NCBI RefSeq assembly: GCF_009914755.1
Contig: NC_060946.1
Strand: one strand, 5' to 3'
DNA from: the human T2T-CHM13v2.0 reference genome, Homo sapiens
Length of the DNA stretch: 64,000 bases
Both the position numbers and the translations under genes were made by a program. The notes below the pieces were generated by a model. That model ran no database searches. It was not told the DNA's origin and saw only the letters and a program-made list of their open reading frames with translations. The number at the start of each line of letters is the position of its first letter. Positions within the stretch are counted from its first letter, which is position 1. Shown here one piece after another: positions 47,276 to 60,574 of this stretch.

Positions 47276-49375
47276 CCCTTAAGGGATGCTGCAGCACTTT
47301 GAGGATAGCAACAGTGAAGCTGTTACTTTTCTGGGCCTGAACTGTCAGAGGAGGGAGCTGCTGCCGCAACAGGAGAGGGGAGAGAGTGGAGAGAACAGCC
47401 TGAAGGCGCCTTTGGAAGAGGGAGGAAGGCAACCATGGTCATCCAGGAGGGAGAGTGAGTGAAGACACAGATGCCCTCTGATCTCCTACTAGTGGATGAT
47501 TCCCATTAGCTTAACCCACCTGGAAGATGGAAAGTGAGGGAGTCCATTGGAAGAGTCCACAGGGTCAGCAGCCAGACATAGAGCAAAGTAGAAGAGATGG
47601 AGGGGGAATCTGAAGATGGTGTCTTCAGTTCTCCAGCATCCTTTGTTTCCCTCGCTGTCTGGCCTCCGATATGACCATCACAGAAACCAGGTGTCAGGCA
47701 GTCAGATCATTCCTGCTGAGCATCTAAGCTCCATGCTGGTGTTCTCACTGGCCAACCCCTCTGCCTGCCTCCAGGAACCTTGTGGAACAGCTGAGGAATT
47801 ACATGCTTACACTCACCAACCAGACTATGGGCAAGACAGAATTCTAAATGAAGATCCAATTAATAAAGAACCAAATAGTGACCTAAGCCTTGTGGCCAGT
47901 GGAGGGGAGGGCAGGTGACAGCGGGTGTTTGGGTGGAGGCTGCAGGAGGCTGTCATAGAATCCTGCAGGGTGACATTGGCTGGCACCCTCAGGCATGGTG
48001 TCATGGAGGAAGGTGTCCCCACAGGCACGTGAAGGATGGCGGAGTCAGAGCCAGGAAGGGGAAGGAAACAGCTTTTATTGAGAAGCTGCTGTGTGCCAGG
48101 CACACGTGGCAGTCCATGCTGGGAGGCCAGTGTGCTAAAGTGGCTGTGAGCTCAGCCTCTAAAGTCAGACCATCTGGTCCACGAATCAGCCCCACCACCT
48201 CCTGGCTGGGTGCAAGACACATCCCCTCCCTCTGCCTGAGTGTCCTGAGATAAGAGTTACTCAGAGAATCCACCTCTTCGGATGGAAAGAGTAAATGATG
48301 TGATCTACTTAAGTCCTCAGTATTGAGTAATGCAGAAATCCTAGTGGTACCATTATCCATAGCCCTGATTTTGTCGTGTCCCCTCCTGCTAGGGAGGAAG
48401 GACAGAAATCTCAGAGTGGAACAGAAAAAATACAGGGATTTAGGCACTTAGGTTATCTTTACCTCCTCCTGTGTGACCTTGATCCAATTTGTTAACCTTT
48501 CTGATCCCAACTACCACACGCCCTGTGCTGTGACTAACACCAAACAGATGCTAAGTAAATACCAGTGCCCCCTGCACACCCTGCCCTACCCCTGAATGTA
48601 CCTACTTGAGCCAGCTTCCTAGGCTTCCACAGCTTGCCACCACGACATAGGGCACGTCTGAGGCTTGGCCTGGCACCCACAGATTGGTCCTCTCTTATCA
48701 TCACTAATGTGGAGCTTTGATGGGAAGCTGAGCATGTGTGGGAGGAGTCAGGCACACCTTGGGGTAAGTCTCGCCTTGGCTTTCTTGCTGGGGGACCTCA
48801 GACAAGTGTCTCGACCTCTCTGAGTCTGTCTGTTCTGTGGGAGTGATGCCAACCATGTGGTCCTATTGTGGGAATGAAATGTGATCATGGATTTTAATAT
48901 AATGAAATTCCAGGTCCAGTAGGAATATAAGGGTCATGGGGGAGTTTAGGAGTAAGGATCTATATCGGTGCTTGGCACACGGTTGGTTCTCCCTAAATGT
49001 TCTGTGAATTGTCTTGTGCTGGGTGCTGGGCTGGGGTCTTCAGTCCGGTTTTAACCGTGGAGTAAAGGGAAAGTGAAAATCTGATTGAGAGAGGTTACCA
49101 GGGATCCAGCACATGCTTGTTATGTGGGTGTCCTCTCACTGCACGGCTAGGAAAACTGAGGCTCAGAGAGCTCCCTGGGGTGTCAAAGGATGTGAACTCA
49201 GGCCATGATAAACATGCTTTCCCATTATGTGTGGATGCAGACAGCACAGGGGGACATCAGAAATCTCTGCCCACAGACTTGCTGCTCTATCCCTTCTCAG
49301 GCTCATTTCTAACTGTTCATTCATTCATTCATTCACCTACTTATTCATTTGACAAATATTTAACTTTTATTTTAA

Positions 49376-49674
<299 letters not shown>

Positions 49675-49681
49675 TTTAATT

Positions 49682-51222
49682 AATTTTTTAAGAGACAGAG
49701 TCTATTACTGCCACTTGGACTGGAGAGCAGTGGCGTGATCACAGCTCACTGTAGCCTTGAACTCCTGGGCTCAAGTGATCCTTCTGCCTCAGCCTCCTGC
49801 ATAGCTGCAAACCACAAGTATCTGCCACTACACCTGGCTAATTAAAAAAAATTTTTTTTTAGACATGGGGTTGAGAGGTGACAACATGCTAGCAGCCCTT
49901 GCTCACTCTCGGTGCCTCCTCCGCCTCGGCGTCCACTCTGGCCATGCTTGAGGAGCCCCTCTCTAGGCTGGCCGAGGCCGGAGCCGGCTCCCTCTGCTTG
50001 CCGGGAGGTGTGGAGGGAGGGACGCAGGCGGGAACCGGGGCCAGTGCGAGTTCCGGGTGGTCGGAGGCTCCGTACTCGGAGCGGCCGGCTCGCGCCGCTA
50101 GCCCCGGACAGTGAGGCGCTTAGCACCCAGGCCAGCAGCTGCGGAGGGTGCGCTGGGTCCCCCAGCACTGCTGGCCCGCCCGCGCCGCGCTCGAATTCTC
50201 ACCGTGCCTCAGCTGCCTCCCCGCGGGGCAGGGCTCAGGACCTGCAGCCTGCCATACCCGAGCCCCCCACCACTGGTAGGATCGCGCGCGGCCAGAGCCT
50301 CCACGGCACCGCGTCCCATGGACTGCCCAAGCGCTGATTAGTGCGGGAAGCTCAGCCCCTGGCCCCAGCGCAAGATCCACAAGGCGAACCCAGCTGGCCT
50401 CCCGAGTCGGCTGGGGGCGGGTGTGCGGGGGGCGGGGGTTGCTGGATTGGAGAACTTTCATGTCTAGCTAAAGGACTGTAAACGCACCAATCAGCAGTCT
50501 GGCACTCTGTGTCTAGCTAAGGATTTGTAAACGCACCAATCAGCACCCTGTCAAAACAGACCAGTCAGCTCTCTGTAAAACGGACCAGTCAGCTCTCTGT
50601 AAAACGGACCAATCAGCTCTCTGTAAAATGGTCCAATCGGCAGGATGTGGGTGGGGTCAGATAAGGGAATGAAAGCAGGCCGCCAGCACCAGCACTGGTA
50701 ACCCGCCCGGGTCTCCTTCCGCGTTGTGGGGTGGTTGTGTTTTCGCTCTTTGCAATAATTCTTGCTGCTGGTCGATTGTTGGGTCCACGCTGCGTGTGTG
50801 AGCTGTAACACTCACCGCAAAAGTCTGTAGCTTCACTCCTGCAGCAGGCGAGACCACGAACCCATCAGGAGGAACGACCAACTCCAGACGCGGTGCCTTT
50901 AAGAGCTGTAACATTCACCGCGAAGGCCTGCAGCTTTACTCCTGAAGTCAGTGAGACCGCGAACCCATGAGAAGGAAGAAACTCCAGACCCGTCCGAAAG
51001 TCAGAAGGAACAAACTCTGGATATACCGTCTTTAAGAACTGTTAACACTCACTGCGAGGGTCCACGGCTTTATTCTTGAAGTTAGCGAGACCAAGAACCC
51101 GCCAATTCCAGACACAGGGTCTTTATGTTGCCCAGGCTCTTTTGGAACTATTGGCTTTTAAGTGATGCTCCTGTCTTGGCTTCTGGAAGTGCTGGTGTTT
51201 CAGGTGTGATCTGCTGTGCCTG
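49682..51222 (-). mobile_element. AluJ-like element split by the LTR12 (pieces 49682-49871 and 51117-51222)
   Basis: Alu sequence agacatggggt resumes as gggtctttatgttgcccaggct after the LTR. Confidence 0.85.
49872..51116 (+). mobile_element. Solo LTR12-family (ERV9) LTR inserted into an AluJ
   Basis: Starts TGAGAGGTGACAAC, ends CCAATTCCAGACACA (TG...CA); exact 4-bp TSD GGGT at 49868-49871 and 51117-51120; CCAAT tandem repeats; CpG-rich 5' part. Confidence 0.93.
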
Positions 51223-52198
51223 AACTAACAAATGTTGATTGAAAGCTAAGTATGTGCTAGGCACTAAGGACTACAGTAAGTGAAGAGAACGCGTTGAGAA
51301 TTCTGGCCTTCATAGGGGCTGTTCTGGAGGAGGAGTAGGGTGGGATTGGGAGTTAAGCTGCAATTTAAATAGGGAGTGAGCACAGGCACATTGAGAAGAC
51401 TTTAGGTGACGATGTGAGCCATGCAGCAGGAAAAGCATTTGAGGCAGAGAGAACAGCATGTGCAAAGTTCTTGAGGTGAGAATGTGCTTGGAAGGGCGTA
51501 TCCTGGAGGTCAGTGTAATTGACAGGGAGGATAGAAAGGGAGGGTCGCTAGGACAGGTGGTTATGGCGGGGGCGCTACAAAGACTTGGGAATGTATTCTA
51601 TGAGACAGGTGCTATGTTACAACTGGACATTGTGGGGTAGTGGGGGAAAGCCTTGAGGGTCCCATGGAACCACTACTCAGATCCAGTATGTGTACGCGGA
51701 AAACAGTTTCAAGTCATCTCCTGGCTTTGGGGTTGCGTTTTCTCTCCCCAGCCTCTCTCCCCTTTAAGGGGAGACTCGCGATTTTATACCGTGAATTCCA
51801 AATGTCTATGGCCACCTCATGGGCTTAAAACAGCAGCTGACGAGGCAGGTGTATGTTTTGGGCCCGGACCGGAGTATGGAGATAAGAACACTTGCTTAAA
51901 TTAAGTCTTGACAAAACCTCCCCGGCGGGATTGGCTCCTGGCCCTGGGTCAGTGGAGCTGGCGCAGGACCTCTGAGGGGGCAGGACATGAGGGGTGAGGC
52001 CCCACATGGGGTTCCCTCGCATTGTCCCTTTCTGCTAAGGCCCTCTGGGAAGGCTGGCAGCCTCAGGGCTAAGGACAGCCCCTACGACAGCCAGGATTCC
52101 CCCTGGAGCCCGAAGCTGAGGGTGATTCTTGGGAAGCGGCTGCTGACGTGGCCAGGCCTGGGCTGGAGAGGAAGGCGGGTAGTGGCGGCCAAGGCAGC

Positions 52199-52223
52199 CA
52201 CCTGACGTCAGGCCTATTTATAA
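52199..52223. promoter_or_regulatory. E-box/CRE/MEF2 composite site in MYO18B intron 1
   Basis: CACCTG 52199-52204, palindromic CRE TGACGTCA 52203-52210, MEF2 CTATTTATAA 52214-52223, in CpG-containing unique DNA. Confidence 0.5.
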
Positions 52224-52388
52224 TTCGGGCTTTGCTCCTTAGGCATGGAGTCTGTGAGTCACTCGGGGGCCTCGCCAGTGTCTCCCAAGGGGACGACGGG
52301 AGGGGAGGGTGTCTTTCCTTCTCTTCTTTCCCCCATCCCCTCTCCCCTTTTGTCCACCCTCCCAGCTTCTTGTGTCTTTTTAAATTAA

Positions 52389-52690
<302 letters not shown>

Positions 52691-52721
52691 CACTTTCCTG
52701 TGCCTTTGTAAGCTGGAGATC

Positions 52722-53448
<727 letters not shown>

Positions 53449-53964
53449 AAAGCCCACACTGTGGGAAACTTTTTCTTAAGGTAAAGACTTCGCTGTTGGC
53501 ACTTGGACGTGTATTTGTGGCCTCCCATTGGGCATGTGACCTCATTAGAGCCGAAATGCTCCTTGGATTTTTGGATCCTGGGATTTCACTCCTGCAGGGC
53601 TGCGTAGGCATGCTGAGGTCTCAGCTAGTGACATGCTGATAGGCGTGGAATGGCCAGCTCCCAGAATAAAAGACCTGATTTGTAGCATTTGCCAATTTCC
53701 GTGGTGTAAACACTCCCATGGCTGCCGTTAAGTTATGAATTAGGCTTTGCTGAATGCAGACTTGGAAAGAGATGTTCACAATGGACTCTCAGAAGATGAA
53801 TAGTGGGGGCTTCAGCACAGCAGCAGGGACCAGCCAACTCTTGGGCTCACCAGCTTCCAGGATGTGAAACTGCCTAAGCAGCCTTCATCTTTTCATCTCA
53901 AAAATGTACCATTTCTCTGTATTGGGAACATTCCATGTCCTTCTATTTGAAACTATATATTGTT

Positions 53965-54258
53965 GGCTGGATGCAGTGGCTCACGCCTGTAATCCCAGCA
54001 CTTTGGGAGGCCGAGGCAGGTGGATCACTTTAGGCCAGGAGTTTGAGACCAGCCTGGTCAATATGGCAAAACCCCGTCTCTACTGAAAATACAAAAATTA
54101 GCCAGGCATGGTGGCATGTGCCTGTAATCCCAGCTACTCAGGAGGCTGAGACAGGAGAATCACTTGAACCCAGGAGATGGAGGTTGCAGTGAGCCGAGAT
54201 CGTGCCACTGCTCTCCGACTTGGGCAACAGAGCAGGACTGTCTCAAAAGAAAAGAAAA
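53965..54258 (+). mobile_element. Alu (S-type)
   Basis: Sense Alu consensus. Confidence 0.92.
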
Positions 54259-54504
54259 TATATAATATTATTGTTAACTATAGTCATATAGTGCTATAGA
54301 ACACTAGTACTTACAAAAGCTTTACATACGCCTCTTATATGGCATACTATTCTACTCTAGGTATCAGGCAGGGAATGAAAATGCATGTCCATTCAATACT
54401 TTTGCATAAAAATTCATAGCAGTTTTATTTATAATAGCCACCTTCTAGTTAAGTCACTGAAGGGCAGCTACTTCCAGGCTTACAAGGCCTTGAAGTCCTG
54501 GTCA

Positions 54505-55518
<1,014 letters not shown>

Positions 55519-55943
55519 TGAATTAAACATAAAATTATTATACTACCCAGCAGTTTCACTCAGAAGAACCTATGTGACTTTGTAGCGACATTATTCGTAG
55601 TGCCCCTAAAGTGGAAACAGTCTAGCTGCTCATCACCTGTTGCATGGATTAAGAAGAAAAAAAAAAAGCAAAAACATGTCTATCCATGCAACAGGAATGC
55701 AATTGAGCAACAAAGTAATGAGGGGCCGACGCACACAGGAGCGTGGATGAATGTCAAAAACATGCAAAGTGAAAGCGGCCAGGGGTAAATGACCAAATAC
55801 TTTATGATTCCGTTATAGCGAATGTCCAAAAAGGGCAAATTTATAGGGATAGAGAGTAGATTTGTGGTTGCCTGGGGCTGAGAGAGGGAACAACTAGTGA
55901 CAGTAAATGGGCATGAAAAGAAGAGTTTTTTTGGGGGTGATGA

Positions 55944-56238
<295 letters not shown>

Positions 56239-56371
56239 TGGGGTGATGAGAATTTCTAAAGTTAGATTGTGGTGACAATTGCACAGCTCTGTAAATTTAT
56301 TAAAAATCAAGTTGAAACTTAGCTGAATGTTATGACATACAAATAATACCCCAATATAACTTTAAAAACAA

Positions 56372-56862
56372 ATACCCAAAGGATTATAAATCATACTACT
56401 ATAAAGACATATACACATGTATGTTTATTGTGGCACTATTCACAATAGCAAAGACTTGGAACGAACCCCAATGTCCATCAGTGATAGACTAGATAAAGAA
56501 AATGTGGCACATGTAATACTATGCAGCCGTAAGAGAGAATGAGTTCATGTCCTTTGCAGGGACATGGATGAAGCTGGAAACCATCATTCTCAGTAAACTA
56601 ACACAGAAACAAAACCAAACACTGCACGTTCTCACTCAAATAGGAGTTGAACAATGAGAACACATGGACACAGGGAGGGGAACATCACACACTGGGGCCT
56701 GTCGAGGGGTGGGGGACTAGGGGAGGGAGAGCATTAGGAGAAATACCTAATGTAGATGATGGGTTGATGGGTGCAGCAAACCACCATGGCACGTGTATAC
56801 CTATGTAACAAACCTGCATGTTCTACACATATATCCCAGAACTTAAAGTATAATAAAAATAA
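56372..56862 (+). mobile_element. L1PA 3' end fragment
   Basis: gggacatggatgaagctggaaaccatcattctcag ... gtgcagcaaaccaccatggcac ... acttaaagtataataaaa. Confidence 0.92.
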
Positions 56863-57318
56863 AGTTACAACTTTGGCTGGGAAGTAACAGGTGTAAATAA
56901 ACAAGGAAATATAGTAATTGTATGGAGATATGGCAAGTAAAAACAATGCTTGCTAAACACTCTTTTTTTGATGGTTTCATACTGTTACTGCGAATTGGAG
57001 GTACTCTAATTTATTTGACATTCTCTAGTTATCGGACTTCATGTCTGCTCTTTCAATGCTACAGTCAACATGGTGATGAAATTTTCTGGTTTAGGATTAC
57101 TTCCTCAAACTTGTTTCCCAGAAAAGGGCTTTCTGGGTCAAAAGTTATCAAAATTTTCTAAGGCTCTCAATATGATGACAAATGATTTCTCCAAGCGTGG
57201 GACAGATTGAGAGCTACAGTTTCCTGCCCTTACCTCATCTTCCAACTATGGAACCAAGTATTCCCTTCACAAAGAAAACCCATGATTCATGGTGTTAGAA
57301 GTCAGAATAGTGGTTTCC

Positions 57319-57647
<329 letters not shown>

Positions 57648-58168
57648 TCAGGAAATATTGACCAGAAGGGAGCATGAGGGAAGTTCTAGGTCTCTGTTTA
57701 CTTTTTGATCAAGCTACAAGGCTTTTCCTAAGCACCAGAAGGTTCCCTCATGCTTCTTCCCAACCAAAAGCGAATGGCTCCTCTGACTTCCTTTACCATA
57801 GATTAGATTTGCCTGTTCTTGAACTTCTTATAAATAAAATTATAACTTTTAAATCTTGATCAGGGTGCTAGTTATATTGGTGTGTTCTTTCTGTAAGAGC
57901 CACTGAGCTGTACCTTATGATATATTTTTCTGGTTGTATAAACGTGTGGGGCCAAGAGGAAGAATATTTCAGGGCACTGTTCACTCCGCGGCCTGCAGGG
58001 TCCTGCCTGACCATCCTCCTTGCAGAGGTAGCTGACAGTGTCTGTACCTGACTGTGCCCATTCCCCCATGTGGTCTTGGTTTATGGCGTTGGTGGGGGTG
58101 GGAGTAGGGCTGTGCCCATGAGCTAACCTGTCTCTCTCTTCTCTCCCCACTGTGTCCCTGTGTGTCAG

Positions 58169-58277
58169 TTCTGTGTCCATCTCATGTGCTGCGTGTGTCT
58201 GTAAAGCCTCATTCCGTGCTGTCTGGCAGGAAGCTCCATCTCATCTCATCATCTCACGGCCCTGGCACTGCCTCAGC
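58169..58277 (+). other. MYO18B: MYO18B 5'UTR part of the ATG-containing exon
   Basis: Branch point CTAAC 58123-58127, long pyrimidine tract, acceptor gtgtcag ending 58168; 109 nt to the ATG. Confidence 0.8.
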
Positions 58278-58316
58278 ATGGCCATCTCATCACGCCTCGC
58301 CCTGTGGGAGCAGAAG
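58278..58316 (+). CDS. MYO18B: MYO18B first coding segment (MAISSRLALWEQK), unconventional myosin XVIIIb
   Basis: ATG in agcATGg Kozak context; peptide matches the MYO18B N-terminus as recalled; joins 60416 in frame only via the AAG|gaaagt donor. Confidence 0.9.
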
Positions 58317-59026
58317 GAAAGTGACACTCATGGCTGGGGCTGCAGCCATCTGCAGGGACTGACTCGACCCTCGGGAGACAAGTCCGACCTTTCCCACCTT
58401 GAGTGGGGAGTCTGACATCCAGCCCTCCTAGTAGCATGTGCAATCCCACCTTCAACCTTCTCCCAGCCAGCTCGGTTAGCCTTGGCCTTTCCAACCCAGC
58501 TGGACACTGATGGCCATACCCTTGACGCCCCCCCGAGGGCTGCCTGGTTGTTTCCTGTTCCACAGGTGGTGGTGGTGGTGGTGGGGGGTGGTAGACCAGC
58601 TGTCCCAGCTGGATCCTCATGGCAGCTCTGATGAGCACTGGAGTTTGGGTGGGAGGAGGGGCACATGGGGGACAGAGGCAGGGCTGTCAGCTGCCAGGTT
58701 TATGCCACAGGGGTGGGTTTCTGTGGTCCCTGCCTTCGGGCACCATAGAGAACCGGAAACGGGCTCTCCTCCCCAGATATTCCTTTCTCCCCTTTAGTAT
58801 TTTTCATGATACGCTACGAAGGGCTGCCTCTTTCTAAGATGCCTGTCACTTCCTGCACCCTCACTCCACCTTGTGCATGTGATTTGATGAGTTGGAGGTG
58901 GGAGGGTGAGAAACTTCTTTCTGGCTGCCTCCTGCCTGCCCCTGCCCCTGCCCCTCCCAGCCTGATCTGGGGGTAGCAGCTAAAATGGCATTGGAAGCTG
59001 CAGAGGGTGCCTTAAGACTGTCTCTT

Positions 59027-59309
59027 GGCCAGGCGTGGTGGCTCACGCCTGTAATCCCAGTACTTTGGGAGGCCGAAGCAGGTGAATCATGAGGTCAGGA
59101 GTTCGAGACCAGTCTGGCCAACATAGTGAAACCACGTCTCTACTAAAAATACAAAAAATTAACTGGGTGTGGTGGTGTGTGCCTGTCATCCCAGCTACTC
59201 AGGAGGCTGAGGCAGGAGACAGAGGTTGCAGTGAGCCAAGATCGCGCCATTGCACTCCAGCCCGAGCGACAGTGCGAGACTCCGTCTCAAAAAAGAAAAA
59301 AAAAAAAAA
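59027..59309 (+). mobile_element. Alu (S-type) with a ~20-bp right-arm deletion, in MYO18B intron 2
   Basis: TSD aagactgtctct; gaggcaggag joined directly to acagaggttgcag. Confidence 0.9.
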
Positions 59310-60415
59310 GACTGTCTCTCACTTATGAAGTGTCTTTCAGTCCCACATCAGGAAGGAAAGAAGGGAAATGATGTTGATGTGGGCCCTGCAGTGCTGCCCC
59401 TGCTTCTCTGTCCCTGGGCAGAGGTCTGCATTCACCAGCTTTATCCCATGGCCTTGTCTCCTGGCCTTTGCTATCTCCTTTGAATTCCTCCCTTATCAGT
59501 TGGGCTACACACAGCAAGTCTTTACCATACATGCACAGAGGTTCTTGATAAGGAGGCTATTTTAGACCAGTATGGAGCTCTTCCGTATAAAGCACTGGTG
59601 ACTTTTTTTTCTTCTCATGGGCTGTCACTGATGCAGGCTAAAGACACACTTCAGTCGGCCACAGCTGGTCTCATGCCTCAGCCTCCAAGTCGCTGTAGCC
59701 AACAGCGGGGTCTCAGCTGCACCACAAGTCCAGCCAGTGCTGGCCTAGGCCGTATTTCTGGGGGGTAAAATATCAGGGTCCAACCTGCCTGTTCTAGGAC
59801 CCAGTGTTAGAGAGCTCCTGGCTGACCAAGTCCTGGTTTAAGGACTGTCAGGAAGCCACAGCACTGTGTCAGTTGAATGGGTTGGAGCCACAAGGTCAGG
59901 TCCTTATATAAGTCATGGCTGTAAGCCCTTCCCTATCTTACCATGTTCCTGGTGCATAGTAAGTGATTAATTGGTTCATCTATTATATTAACTATAAGCT
60001 GAGGGGGACCAGGAGAGCGTGGATGATTCCCTGTGATCCATCCCCTTCTGGAAACTGGGAAACCTCCTTTCAGAGCAGGTCCTTCTAGAAATGGGCATGT
60101 CCCATGGCAAGGAAGGGAACCAGCAGCCTTGACCATACAAGTGACTGTTCATATCACAAGGAGAGTGGATCCAGGCAGAAATCACATTGACCCGCATAAT
60201 TCCTGGCTGCCCCTGTGTTCCATTTTCATGCGCTGTCTCAGGGACCCCCCTGAGTCGTGCTGGGCCTCACCTGCTTGGCTGTGGCTTCTCATACATGGGC
60301 TTGGTCATGTATGTCTCCTCCGCCCCCTCCCAGGCTCCATCACAAACTTTGAAGGGCAGCTTGCTCCTGCTGGTTGACTCACTGAGCTCTCTCTTTCCTT
60401 GCTTCTGCAAAACAG

Positions 60416-60574
60416 ATTCGGGAAGAGGACAAGAGCCCTCCACCATCCTCGCCCCCTCCTCTTTTCTCTGTCATCCCAGGGGGCTTCATTAAGCAACTGG
60501 TCCGGGGGACTGAAAAAGAGGCCAAGGAAGCGAGACAGAGGAAGCAGTTAGCTGTCGCCTCTCCAGAACGAGAG
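60416..60574 (+). CDS. MYO18B: MYO18B second coding exon (IREEDKSPPPSSPPPLFSVIPGGFIKQLVRGTEKEAKEARQRKQLAVASPERE)
   Basis: Acceptor ctttccttgcttctgcaaaacag, donor GAG|gtaagt; 159 nt, phase 0 to 0; matches MYO18B as recalled. Confidence 0.93.

Noticed and set aside
49842-50914. GC-rich ORFs and ~22-bp spaced repeats resembling a gene or CRISPR-like array
   Set aside because: All lie within the LTR12. The repeats are its tandem CCAAT enhancer units, with no unique spacers and no cas genes.
58321-58326. Canonical GT as the productive MYO18B donor
   Set aside because: It adds 4 nt and leads to a stop at 60490-60492, so it cannot give the EQK-IREEDK junction. Kept only as a possible competing site.
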